A stretch of DNA of 64,000 nucleotides from Trichoplax sp. H2 (Eukaryota), in NCBI GenBank assembly GCA_003344405.1, contig NOWV01000150.1, forward strand, positions 62,001 through 126,000. Reading direction: 5' to 3'. Below, piece by piece: positions 38,458 through 51,988 of this stretch (positions are counted from its first letter, which is position 1; each line of letters begins with the position of its first letter). A program made the translations under genes and the position numbers. The notes below the pieces were generated by a model. The model worked only from the letters and a program-made list of their open reading frames with translations. It did not search any database and was not told where the DNA came from.

Positions 38458-39097
38458 TACTATACGTATAAATACAGTAATACTGCATAGAGTACTGTAC
38501 AGTGTAACTAACTAATCTGATTTGATAAACAAACAAAAATACTTGTTAATTTAAATAAGAAATGGAAAAGATTTAATACCAAAATAGATACTGATTGATT
38601 TGGATTTGAAAGTTTAATTTAGGTCATAAGAGTTATTGCTAACTGAACTATTTTTTACGAGCCATTAAACGTCGCTACTGTAAGGCATGGAGTACAACAG
38701 AAATAGTAGTGTACGTCGATTCCATGTAGATTTCCATGCGTTCTCTGATATTAATAATTCACTTTCCAGCAGTAAGAATATTACTAGAACGATTCAGTGC
38801 TCATGGTATGTATTTGAAGACTGTTAATGTGATTTTTGTGTCATACAGTATACATAATTATATTTGCCTATCCCGTAGAAGTGGGATTACTATTAATTAG
38901 TGAACCTAGAAGTGATCAATACGGCTAATTAAACTTGTACGATAGTCCCTTATCCCTTATGCCATAGACTTCTGAAAGATGCGTAGACTACTACTAGAAG
39001 TAAGTTTAGTAGTCCATGTCTATGCGCTTTCTTCTGAAAGAGTCTAGAAGGAGTTTGGCTGCCATGTGCTTTCGTACACTGCAGGCAGACTTTTAGA

Positions 39098-39230
39098 TAC
39101 AGTACTACGCAGGTCCATATTTTTAGTACAGTACAGTACAGTACGTACTGTACTCTACAGTGTTAATACTGTAGGAAACACCGTGCATTGTACTGTACGG
39201 TGCGATACTGTACAGTACTGTAATGTCCTG
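39098..39230. promoter_or_regulatory. (TACAG/CTGTA)n array upstream of ELP1
   Basis: agtacagtacagtacagtacgtactgtactctacagtg...tactgtacagtactgta, about 180-310 nt before the ELP1 ATG. Confidence 0.55.
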
Positions 39231-39406
39231 TATTGTGGCCTGGCTAATAAGGCTACAAAAAGGACCTCGCAGTTGCTGGCTTTAATTGAAGGATAGATTA
39301 TCCAGTCTTTAAAGTTCTTCAATTTCGTTCTAGTTAATTGCAGCTATTGGAAGATAGTGGGTTTGGTTTGTCCTGGTATTGTAAGTGATCTGATCCTGCT
39401 GCTATT

Positions 39407-42400
39407 ATGAGAAATTTAAGGCTTATCAACGCAACAACTATTAGCTCGTTATGCTGCCTTGTTCGATGCATCGCTGTTAACAATCTGCAACGAGAAGTGT
39501 ATCTTCTAACTTGCAATAAGATTATCATCTTGAGCCTGGATAATAATAATGTATGTTTTTGGCCCTTGGACAGTTGTATATGTGTGTATATATACGCGAG
39601 ATGGGAGAGGCATTTAGTTATCGTTAGTTCTATTAGGAAAACTGACTATTAGCTAGCTAGTTCGAATTATATTGTCTATGGTATTAGTACTGTATGCGAG
39701 CTAGCTTTTTAAATGTCAATTAGGTTGTTGCATACATGATAGAACGTTTACTGTTACAATTTTGTTGTCAGAAATTGCATTTACTTGATATAACTTGTAA
39801 AAATGTTATTATATTACTGGTGCGTGCATGATGATTGATTAAATGTGCGATGAAGTATATTACGATACGTATTGGCTTAATAATGTGGAGTAATAGATTG
39901 ATCCCAGCTACATTGCTTAACTAGTGCTAGCACAAACTTTGGGTGTACTAACAGCTAATTACTTTAATCTTAGATGCCACTAGATTGATCGATGTGAATA
40001 GGATTCTTTTTTTACAATAATAATACTGCTATAATAATAAGGATTTGCTACTCTAATTGAAAGGTCATCGACAGTGTAGAAATTGATCCTATCGAGGATC
40101 AGAATAGGTTCCCTGTAAATGCTGAATATTTACTTGAAAGCGAATCTTTGTGTATTGCCATGAAAGATGGGGACGTTTTATTATATCATTGCAATAGCCA
40201 GCAAATTGAATGTGTCGGGTCTGTTGAATCTGGTATAAATTGCATGGCATGGTCACCAGATCAGGAATTAGTGCTTCTCTCGACAGGTAATATAGCTTGC
40301 TTAGCGAGCGATCAGTAGATTTTTCAGAGCTAACGGCTATACCTTGTCAACTTTGAGACTAAGTTGTCAATGTTAGTTAACAAATTATTATATCGATTAT
40401 ACATAATTAGATTAAAGCTTATCGCACATGTCTGCTCGCTAATCTAAATTTTTCTTAATTTAATATCACATCATCAACAGCTGAAAGTAAGATTATTATG
40501 ATGACTAAAGATTTTGATGTTATTACTGAAATTTCATCTCAAACGGAAGATTTTGGTGAAAGTAAGTCATGTAGTGGAGATGAAAAAGTATGGTTTTGTA
40601 ACAATAATGTTGTGCTGTCGCAATTTTATGCTATTTGTACACAAATACAGAAAATTGCAGCCTAAAGTAGATTTCACCTGGTGAATTTACTGCTCACTAC
40701 CAGGTTATTTACGTACAAGGAAACAGTGCGATAGTCCAGTATTGAAACTAGTTGTTATATTTTTTACTTTATGGGTACTTTGTGGTAGGGTCTTAATTCA
40801 AAGTAGATAGAATAATTCGTATAATCTGCTGGAAATATCAAATAGTTACCGTGCGACTGCGACTGTTAATATTTCGCATTTGATTTCTTGTAATATTGTT
40901 GCAAGGGTTGCATATACGCGTAATTTTTCTATTGTGACATTACGAAGGATTAATGGTTATGCTAGATACTTAAATCAGTATTATTACCCTAACTTTTAGA
41001 TAAACCAATAAATGTCGGATGGGGTAAAAAAGAAACTCAATTTCATGGCTCTGCCGGCAAACCTAAAGTTGGTGACGGTATGGAAAAGGTATCATAATGA
41101 CATTTGCTCGTACTCGTATTTTTTGCAAGTTACTACTGAGGACGTATACTTTATTTTGTATGTATGTAATGGAATTGTTCTATATCTAGGCTCCTGTACC
41201 TGTAGCAGATTGGGATGATGGCCTATCTAAGTTAAGCTGGCGAGGTGATGGACAGTATTTTGTTTGCAATGTTGTAAATCAAACAACAGGTAAATCTCGT
41301 TCCTATATTTGCTGATACTGCTTCACTTTTTACAACATTATCGTGAAATAGTTATTAACTAACTATACGTAGGTGCCCGGCAGCTGAGATTTTGGAGTCG
41401 TGAGGGTATTTTACAATCTACTAGTGAGAATAGTGACGGTCTAGAGGGACCACTACATTGGAGGTAAGATCATTGTCTTACTTTGTATGCTGGTATATTT
41501 AAATTTTATATTGGGTAGACTTTGATTTGAATTATAACTTGTAATCACAGGCCATCTGGTAATCTAATTGCTACTGCACAACGTAAACCACAATGCTACA
41601 ACGTGCTATTCTTTGAAAGAAATGGTTTACGCAGAAGTGAATTTACGCTACCTTTTAGTGATTCTGAAACTAGGGTAACAATACTGTTACGACTATATTT
41701 TGTGTCTTTACGTACAGATCATATATTATTATTATGTTTAATACATAGGTTATCGACTTAGTTTGGAATCTCGATTCAAAACTGTTAGCTGTTCGGCTAG
41801 AAACAACTACTTTTCATAACGATGTTGATGGATCGGATATTCGATCTTACGGTATGGTTTATTCTAATCACTTCAGCTGCAAATTAAAGACATAACACTA
41901 GCAATGAATTGAATGTTATTAACCTAATGCATGAGATGTATTTATCATTTTCAGTGCAATTATGGTTTTGCAATAATTCTCATTGGTACTGCAAACAGGA
42001 AATATCATTTACAACTGCCGATCGTATAGCGTGTATACAATGGGATACTGATGTATCTTACCGTCTGCATATTGCAACTTTTGGTAAGGAAAAAGTAAAA
42101 GTTATAATATGAAGGAATCAAGAGTAAAACTAATTCATTTGTGGAATGTACATACACATAGGGGGAAAGTATTTGCAGTACAATTGGTATTGGGATGTTG
42201 ATTATAGCCAAGCACATGTAGCTGGCAACCTTTCATCTGTCGCTGTAATTGATGGAGGTCAGATATTATAGCGTAGAATTTTAGTAAACGTCGTATAATA
42301 TGATAGTAAACCCAATGATATTTAACTTAAGTAATTGAGTAATCAGATCGACTCTGCTGTTTATTTAGATCGTTTACTGGTAACTCCATTCTCTATAATG

Positions 42401-45400
42401 GTTATGCCTCCGCCGATGTCGGCATACTACATAAAAGCAGAGAGCTCTATTAATCAAGTTTGTTTTGGTCCATCTGGCATTAGTAATGACTTTGCTATTG
42501 TGTTAGCTAACATGAACATTGCAATTTATACCTACTGTGATGGCCCTGATACTTTAACAAATGAAAAATCGATTAAATTGAGTGGTACAGGTGGTGTAGG
42601 ATTTAAAACTTCATTAAAATTACCTAGACTTCAAGGAACCTTTAAGTGAGTAACATTCACTGCATAATAAAAACATAGCAGCCATTCTAAGGAAAATGTT
42701 ATATATACTCTTTTGTTTTAGATTATTTCTTAAAGACAGTAAACCAATCAATAATTTATATCAGTTGCAACATTTATCATGGCTTACTTCTAATAAGTTT
42801 CTTGCCATCATGTGGGATGACTGTAACATGAAGAATTATTTACTTTATCTTCATTTAATAGAAGACGAAGAGAAGAGAATTATTGTTAGGTATAGAGTTC
42901 ACTCACACTGTTCAGCATAATGGTTTAAAGTAGTGTATCACTACCAGATAGCTGTAAGGAATTCAGCACCTTATGTTAACCCCAGTTTATCATTTCTCAA
43001 CTAGGGATACGTTAGAACTGCCCAAGATGGTGCTACGATTAGTTACCAATCATGATACTCTGTCTACAATTATACAATATGTAGATGGCAGCGTCTGGCG
43101 ATATTGTCACGGTAACATAATAGGTTTTTGTAAATATTTTCATAATATTTTAAGGCTTGTACAGTATTGCTTAGACTAGATAATCACTTCATCTAGACGA
43201 TCATATGAAGTTGATTCCTTGGCTATTGCCGAATGGAATGTCTCTTCAGCTATCACAACCATGCCAATACATTGCTACAGCTGTAATGAATGATTCGGTT
43301 CGGTTTTAGTTGTAGTTTGATTTGTATATTACATGAAACCTTGCATTAATTGTTATGGGTATAACTATATCTCGCCACAGGAGGTTGTGATCGGTAGCAA
43401 TGAAAGATTTAGAATATATATTAATGATAAAGAGGTATTTTGCACCTTTGCTACTATACTTTATATACACCGGTTTAGATAAATGTGATTGGTCTAATGA
43501 GAATCGTTTATTGATTTTGTTGACAGATTGCTAACAACTGCACATCTTTTTGTGTGCATGATTCGTTTCTAATATTTTCGACTCATTCGCATACATGCCG
43601 ATTTGTAAGTTTGTTATCAGATTGGGAAAGTGAGTAATCGTCGTTTTATTTTCTTGCCACTTACACACATGTAATCGTCGCTGCTAATTTTATTATAAGA
43701 TATTAGGTCATATCCAACTAATGAACCAGCGCCATTTGATGAGAATGTTCGTCGTATGGAAAGGGGATCTAAAATTGTTTTGGCTGTTTCTGATAGTACA
43801 AAACTTGTATTTCAGGTATTTATTTCATCTGCTTTTATCTCAGTACTATTTTCAGTTAATTGTTTATACCAATTTCATAGATGCCTCGGGGTAATTTAGA
43901 AGCCATCCATCCGCGCGCATTGCTGTTGCATTCCGTCCGACGATTACTGGATAAGTAAGCAGGAACTTCCGTACGCATAAAGTTTAGTGTAAACAGATTG
44001 ATTCTTATATATCTTCTATCACTTGACGATTATAAATGGAGGCTAAACTTTGGAGAGGCGTTCTTATTAATGCGCAAACATAGAATCAATTCAAATCTTC
44101 TATATGATCACAATCCGAAGGTTAGCTAAGAGATAGTTCGATAGCATAAGTTTTAAAAAACAACGGCTTTAAAATAGTACGGGATAAAAAATGACCAAGA
44201 TTTAACACTTCTCTGTACATTCACTAGGGTTTTATGGAAAACATCGATATCTTCATTAGGCAAATAGACGATGTCAACTTCATTAATCTCTTTCTATCGG
44301 ATTTAAGGTGGATATACACAATCACTGTTTCAGAATGACATTCTTTGCCAGCATAGGGGTAAATTTCGTTTGTAAAATATACAATAAATCTTAATTTTAT
44401 AAACTATAAAAATTATAGAGAAGAAGATGTCACAATTACCATGTACACAGCTGAACAATCAAAGCCATCTTCAAGGTTGGTTTTTTGCAGTGCTAAAGGA
44501 TGAAATCGATTAAATTTGATTAAGTTTTATTCTTTACTTTTAATCCAACACTGAAGCATTCCGCTTACTGGAAGTAAAATCGATAAAATTTGCGACGCCG
44601 TTCGTGAATCGCTTACTTTAATAAATTTTAATAAGTAAGCGACCAAAATAAAATTTAACATGAATTGTATTAAGTTATTAAAAGTTTCTTTGTTGTAATA
44701 AATATAAATTTACTTTGAAGATATATCCTCTCAGTCATCACGTCGTATGTGAAAAAAACCACAGCAGAATTAGATAAAGCCTTACAACTTATAAAATCGT
44801 TAGCAGGTTACTAATGATTTTAATCATTACCTTAATGTGAACATAAAATTTCATCATATTTATTAATTTTTCTTAGATAAAACAGCAGTCTCAGAAGGAG
44901 GTGTTAGCTACCTGGAAGCATTGAAGTACTTACTAGTTTTAGTTGATGTTAACGAACTGTACAATGTTGCTTTAGGAATGTATGACTTCGATATCGTCTT
45001 AATGGTAGCCGAAAGATCGCAGAAGGTTAATACTCATAGGAATGATTACTATAAATATTCTTACGTATATAAATACTCATGGTCTGATTTTAATAAGTAG
45101 GATCCTAAAGAGTATCTGCCATTTCTGAATTCCCTTAAAAAGATGGAATCTAATTACTCAAAATACAGTATTGATAAGTTCTTAAAAAAATATGATAGAG
45201 CTATTGTTCATCTCAGTCGATGTGGTAGCGAGTACTTCGATGAACTGTTGCAATTGATTGAGAAGCAGAAATTATATCGGCAAGCCCTTTCTTTATATCC
45301 GGTTGATTCAGATCAATTCAAAGTGAGAATTTAGTGTGACCTCGTTGTTATCCGATTCAAGTTTGCTTATAAGTTTCTTTTTATAATTATCCACATGTTC

Positions 45401-47278
45401 ATTTTTTAGTCAATTTGTAAGAAATACGGCTTATACCTAAAGAATATAGATAATCATTTGGAAGCTGCACTTAGTAAGAAACCATGACATGAATTCTTTT
45501 AGTTATATTTATAATTATGATTTTTATAAAATTGTTATATTTGTAACAACACCATAATTTGTGATTGTAGTGTTTGCAAAGGGTAATGAATATGAATTAG
45601 CCAGGATATCATTTATAAAGTGTCGTAATTGGCAGCAAGCGTTCTGTATGGCATCAAAGCTACGATTTAGCATAGCTGAAACATCAAAAATGGCGAATAA
45701 AATTGCTAGTAAGATTTTCTTGCTAGTGTAATTTCCTAATTGTAAAGTATTGAAAGTTTGAATTATAAAACTGTTTAGGCGACTTGTGCGATGCACGAAA
45801 TCATCTGGCAGCTGCTACAGTACTCTTAGACTATGCTAACGTAAGTGTGTGCAGTCAGCAGTCTCTAGAGCAGTAAAGTTTAGATATGACTGAACTCTTA
45901 CATAAGTAATTAAAATTTTGGTAGGAAACCGAAGAAGCGATCGTAACATTGATTAATGGTTGCTTATGGAATGAAGCATTGAGATTAGTAAGAGAAGTGA
46001 ACCTGGAGAGTTTATTGACACTTCAGATTGCTATCGTAGATTGTATTTTATAACGTTAAATTAATTTTATTTTTGCAGATGCATCGTCACGATAGGACTG
46101 ATATGATAGAGAGTCATTTTTTGAGTGCTTTAATAGATAGTAAGATCAGATGTTATTCAGCAGAGCTATTAAATACTGTAGTTTTATAGCTTTTGTGATT
46201 GCTTATGCAATTATGACTCAATGATTATTTATTATAGGCTATCAGGCACAAAGCGCATATTTGAAAAATAGCATTACTCAGTTCAGGAGACATAATGATA
46301 GATTGATAAAAGTAAGAGAAGAAAAGAGGGAAAAAATGCAAGAGGTTGCAGGTAAGAATACTGTTGGCCTTATTAATTAGTATAAAATAACTTTGGAATT
46401 TTTAATTTTACTTAGATGGCGGCGATGATGGGGATTTGTATTCAGAGACTACAAGTATTACTGGTCGATCTACAAGATCAAGTATTTATAGTAGGACTAC
46501 AGGGTAAGCATATTTCCTAAAATTACTCAACTAATTATTGTTATCAGAAGTATCAATTGAATTTAATTTAATGCAGCCGTACTTCGAAAAGTCGAAGAAA
46601 AGTTGAAAGAAAGAGATATAGCTTACGTGAAGGAAGTCCGTACGAAGATATTGCTTTAATGGAGGCTCTAAGTCAAATGATTAGGACGTTGTCTACAACT
46701 AAAGGTTACTAATTAGTTTGCTATAGTTATACTGTAAACATTCAATCCAATTAAAATTCGATTTTATGCCAATGATTTTTCTAAATGCAAAGACGATATT
46801 CGTTCCCTGATGGAAATATTAATTATTTTCAATCACGATTCGGAGGCAGCTGTGCTGCAAGATATTCTTGAAGAATATATGACCACTGTTAAAACTTCAC
46901 TCAAAAATATATGGCCGTCCGATGGAGTTTATCACCATGTAAGATTAATGTTACTCTACTATGTAATCATCAAATAAAACTTCTCTAATTATCGATCTAA
47001 TATTGATACATTCAATAGCAATTTGGACCTGATTATAACACCAGTGATATTGCTGATGCTACGTTAAATAAAACCAAACCTGCAATGGCTTTGGCAGTGG
47101 ACAATGATATAGACTATCCAAGTACGTGGATTTCCTATCTAAGAATTATTTAGCAACGTTAGTTATAGACGGCAGTATTTCTTAATTCTAATTCAACATG
47201 TGTGCAATTGTAGCTCAACCCGATATAGCGAAAACCATATTGTTTGAGAGCAAATGGAAATTGGAACTGTTTAAATAA
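39407..47278 (+). CDS. ELP1: Elongator complex protein 1 (IKAP), multi-exon
   Basis: MRNLRLI start; [123 protein letters not shown]; basic tail [24 protein letters not shown]. Stop TAA at 47276-47278. Confidence 0.95.
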
Positions 47279-48094
47279 GATTCGCCGAGATTTGATAAAG
47301 CCATTTCAATTTAAACAGGGGCATCACGATTATTTCGTAAATTTTTAAAAATATTAATGTGAGCTTATGTAAAATTTCTCATAAGACCTGAATTTAACGA
47401 ATATTTCATAATAAGGCTGTTTATATCTTATGTAAGCCGAGGTAACAATTTGCGTAATAAAATTACTGATAGCTCTGGAATAGACTGCTTTTTATTACAC
47501 CATCTATTAATTTACATACTTTTAATTGACGGCAGTTTATTATTTAAATTGCTTTATAGTATGTTAAGTATAAACTTCTACGACATTACTATAAAATATC
47601 AGTTCAATAACACAGATTTAGTAATGGGAAGGAATGATGTACAAAACCATAAAGTCACCTACATCAGATTTGATGTCGGTGATTGTTAGTGTTAACTTTG
47701 CAGATACTTATTTGGATTAGGAGCTTCGTGCAATATGCCAAGGATATCAAGGTGTGATTAATAAATTTAATGCAATTCTTGAAATATAAGGACGCAGTGG
47801 CATTTCATCGAACAGCTAAGAAATTATTGGCTTTGTACAAATAATCATAAGATATACTTACAAGAAATTGTAAACAGGTTGATAAATATCAAATCGTTCT
47901 TTTTCAGTATTACCTACTGCATGTGAATATTATTACATCAGAATACTCGTAGATTGATGTATTAATAACGGTTATTTACTACGAAATAGATGTAATGCAG
48001 TAGACCTAATAGTGAGCGAAAGATTTTAGCTTTACGAAGAGGTTCATCGAAAAATATGGGTGCAGCGTAATTTTTAACTGTAAATATCTTGGAA

Positions 48095-51000
48095 CTAAAT
48101 GCAAGATCCATCAATAGAATTCAATAGATCAATACATATAGTTTTAGCACAAATTGAAGTTAAATTTTTCTTAAAAAATAATTTATCCATAAATCGTGGC
48201 GAGATAAGTCGCATTGCTGGTAACAGCAACAATAACTTCGTGAAACGTTCCGTTCGTTCTTTTCTTCGATTGCGGCAGTAATTTTCAAGTAAGGATAGCA
48301 TTCTATCATGATGATTTCCGATATCTTCACGGCGGACTAGCATAGCATGACAACGATCTGTTGCACATTACATAAAATCCAGTTTTATTGGCAGTATAAA
48401 AATGGCTATCATATTACATAAGAAACTAGCTTGAGATTATTTATACCACTGTCATCTATGATTACTAAATACGACTAATCTTGCGATTTTATTGCTATAC
48501 TTTTGAAATAAACAACTACTATATTTAAATTAAGCATATTGCTCATGAATCTTATGAGAGCATACATAAACTACGAAGTAGATTTAAATGGGTACTACAC
48601 TACGTAGATTTATTTTTGTGCCTCAAAATAAGGCTGTATGCATCTCGATTATAGGATATGTCTAATGCCACTTACCAGATCTTAAAAACAGGATCAACAG
48701 TAGAAATTCGTATTCATTCGAATCTAGTTGATAGCTGCTTAACTTAAAGTTAATATCCATCCATGTTCGGGTACTTAGAGTAATGTCTTTAATAATATCA
48801 GCACCATCGAAATGGAGATCAAGAGATGCTATAATATCCTCAGTATTGAAAGTAAATCTCCAACGGTTAGCGAAGATAATAAATAAATCAACCCAGTTAT
48901 ATTCTATTAAAGTACTCAGATCTCGCGATAATAACCAATTTAATTGTGATGAAGATTTGACCCATTTTACGACATTGTTTAAGAGTTCGATTGCATTTCG
49001 ATAGCTACTGGAAACGATTAAATAGTTTGCTTGCATAGATGTTGGTAGCGGAGGAATTATAGAATTTGGATGGTATCTAAGCCTTGAGTGATGATAGAAA
49101 TTAGGCTGAATTGTTGATAAGGGTGCAGTAGTCGATGGCGTTGATGGTATAGAACTATAGCCTAATGGTGACACTGTTAGTGATGGCGGATAGTAGATAT
49201 TAGTTAAACTATTAAATGGGTAAGGCTGGCGATAGGAAATATCAAGTGGATTAGATCTACTGTTTGCTTGATTATTTGGCGATTCGTGTATTGATATTGT
49301 CATACGCGGCTGTTGATGTAATGAAGCAGCATGCACCGATAACATTTTATTTCTTGCAGAGCGTGGTTCACGTTCATTTTGCACAGCTATAATGGAAGTT
49401 AATAGAGAATAATTTGAATACAATCTAATTTTAACAGCTTGCCTGTAGTAAATTATTGCAAAAATCGAATTTTACGTCAATCAGTTACGACAGTAACGTG
49501 AATTAGCTATTACCTAAATATACTATCATATGATTTTTATTGATATTTAGTTATTACTATCTATCTGTTTATAAAGTCGTAAGTCAAGTTTACCGTAAAA
49601 ATATGAGAATTTAGCTAGCAAAGCGGTTAGCCCAAGGCTAGTTTACTACAAAAATAATAAACTTTGATATGCGCTTATTATCACAGTATAATACCGAGTG
49701 TGGATTGACGTGTAAACTATAGCGCATTTCGTACATAAGAAATAAAGGTAAAGTTACACGCTGGTTACCGTGAACATGGTTACAAATGTTGGACTAGGGT
49801 AAGACATACGGTACTCGCGTACATTAAAATAGCCATCGTATTATGCTAATATTGATGGAATATAGTAATTGTAACGTCAGCTAGACCAAATTTTAATATC
49901 ATATTTCCAAAGCTATTAATGTTTTACTTGCAACGAAATTTGTTTCGAAAACTGAGTTGTGTAAAATATTTAATTTATTATTACATTATATACGCGTAAA
50001 AGCTATCGGCACTAGAAAGGCTTAAAAATAATGAATCTATAGTAATTTAAAACACATTTTCGGTTGAAATATCGTAACTATCAAGCTGTCATCTTCTTTA
50101 TCACTACGTCATCATAGGGTGATAATTATAATTACTATATTGAAAAGGCAACCCTTTCAACGTAAATTCATAATGGTATAGCAGTGATAGGGGCAGTTAT
50201 TTGGAATGACAGAAAAATTAAAATATATCAAATCCTGTACGTATGAAGACTTTAACCGACTACAATAATGGACTTACCATCTTTGTTCATATTTGCTTGC
50301 AGGCACTTTTTTAGACGACAGGCCTGACACTATACAGGATGAAAGAAATTATTATTTGGAAACTGGAAAACTGTCTGATAATATAATAATTATGGTAACT
50401 CATTTTTCTTTATATAAAGATATAATTAATATAGTATTCCCGGTATTAAAAATTCTGATTGTAAACTTACTAGCATTTTTTCATTGAAATTTAGTTTATA
50501 CATATACCGTAAACGTATTGCTTAACACTTAGGTTTAATGCGTCTCTATATTTAACATTATGAGGACTTTATGGGTTATGCCAGTAAATATGTAATGAAT
50601 ACTTCAATACGAAAATGGTATGGAATTAGTTGATAAATTGAAGTTGAAGATATTATGAACATCGGAAAAATAATCTAGATGGTATACACAGTTTTATCAA
50701 TGGTTCATCATAAGTAGGAACATTACAAACGTTATAATGACTATGCGTAAATTAATCTATAAAAGGAATCATTTTGAGCTCTTCTTTCGCTCTTGTGATA
50801 TATGATATTGACATAGCGTTTATTTTTTATCACGAGTTATATACGCGACGTATTGAAATAAACGATCATGATATGTTACTTTTTCTATGATGTGATGCAA
50901 CCAAACATAATAAGTTTTACTAAATGTTACGGACTAAAGTTTGTACATTATTAAATATGGATAGAGTGAACGTATAAATGAAAGCTTTTCCTATAGTATA

Positions 51001-51988
51001 CGGATCAGTGTCACTTTAAGTGGACTGGCAAGGTTCACGCTGCTATTAGTTCACAAAACCTCTTAAAACTAACAATTTGGTTCATTTTCCTTTTCGGACT
51101 TACTCGTATAATAACATTCAATCGAAAAATTGCAATATGTAAATAATCTCCTAGAATATGTAATATTTTATTATTTTTTACCTATACCAATATTTAGTAA
51201 CCTGATCAGATATGCGTAGAAATTCATCAACAGCAGAGTAATAGAGCATGAAACGAGAAGCATAATAGATCTTATCCATTTCACAGTAAATTTTCAATCA
51301 ATGCAAAGGGCTCGCAGATTACAGTCTATAGCGCTCTATTTAATATGGCATGCTTTGATAGTTCAATAATACTCATTACCTGATTACGCCGTTTTTTATC
51401 CACCCTGCAATTACCATCAGCCTTACAGACGTAAGTTGCTTTACGCCTGACACTCCGCTTGAAAAATCCACTGCAACCATCGCAAGCAAATATTCCGTAA
51501 TGTCTACCTAATTGTAGAGCAATAACAGTGTAGAATTTAAGTACAATATTGAAAGGTATTAGATTATAAATGTTCTCATTACATTATCGACGGGTTACTA
51601 AAAGTATAATCATATATGCTGGAGTTATATATGTATTACATGAATTCAAAATAATTTCAAAATAAATTTATAATAAATAATTTTGATAAGAAATCTTTCT
51701 GTCATTTAGTTAAAATACTACTATGCTAGATTTATGTTAAAGAACTTGTATAGCGCAAACGCCCATACCTGATGACTTATCTCCACAGACACGACAGATT
51801 GCAGTTTCTCCCTGAATTGGTGTCTCTATCGCTATTCCAGATATAACATTTAAGTGCGATATAATAAAAGATGTTCATTTCATTTGTGTGAATTAGACCG
51901 TATTAACTAGCATAATCTTATATCGACCAGATCATTAATGTATAAATAAGCTATATTAGAATTAGCTATACGGATTAAACTTACGCAT
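48095..51988 (-). CDS. NR2E: Nuclear receptor, NR2E (TLX/PNR) type, 6 coding exons, 406 aa
   Basis: Exons 51988-51985 (ATG C), 51831-51769, 51507-51380, 50329-50278, 49386-48676 and 48357-48095, with consistent phases. [84 protein letters not shown] remnants VKWVKS...[37 protein letters not shown] and KLFFKK. Confidence 0.88.
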
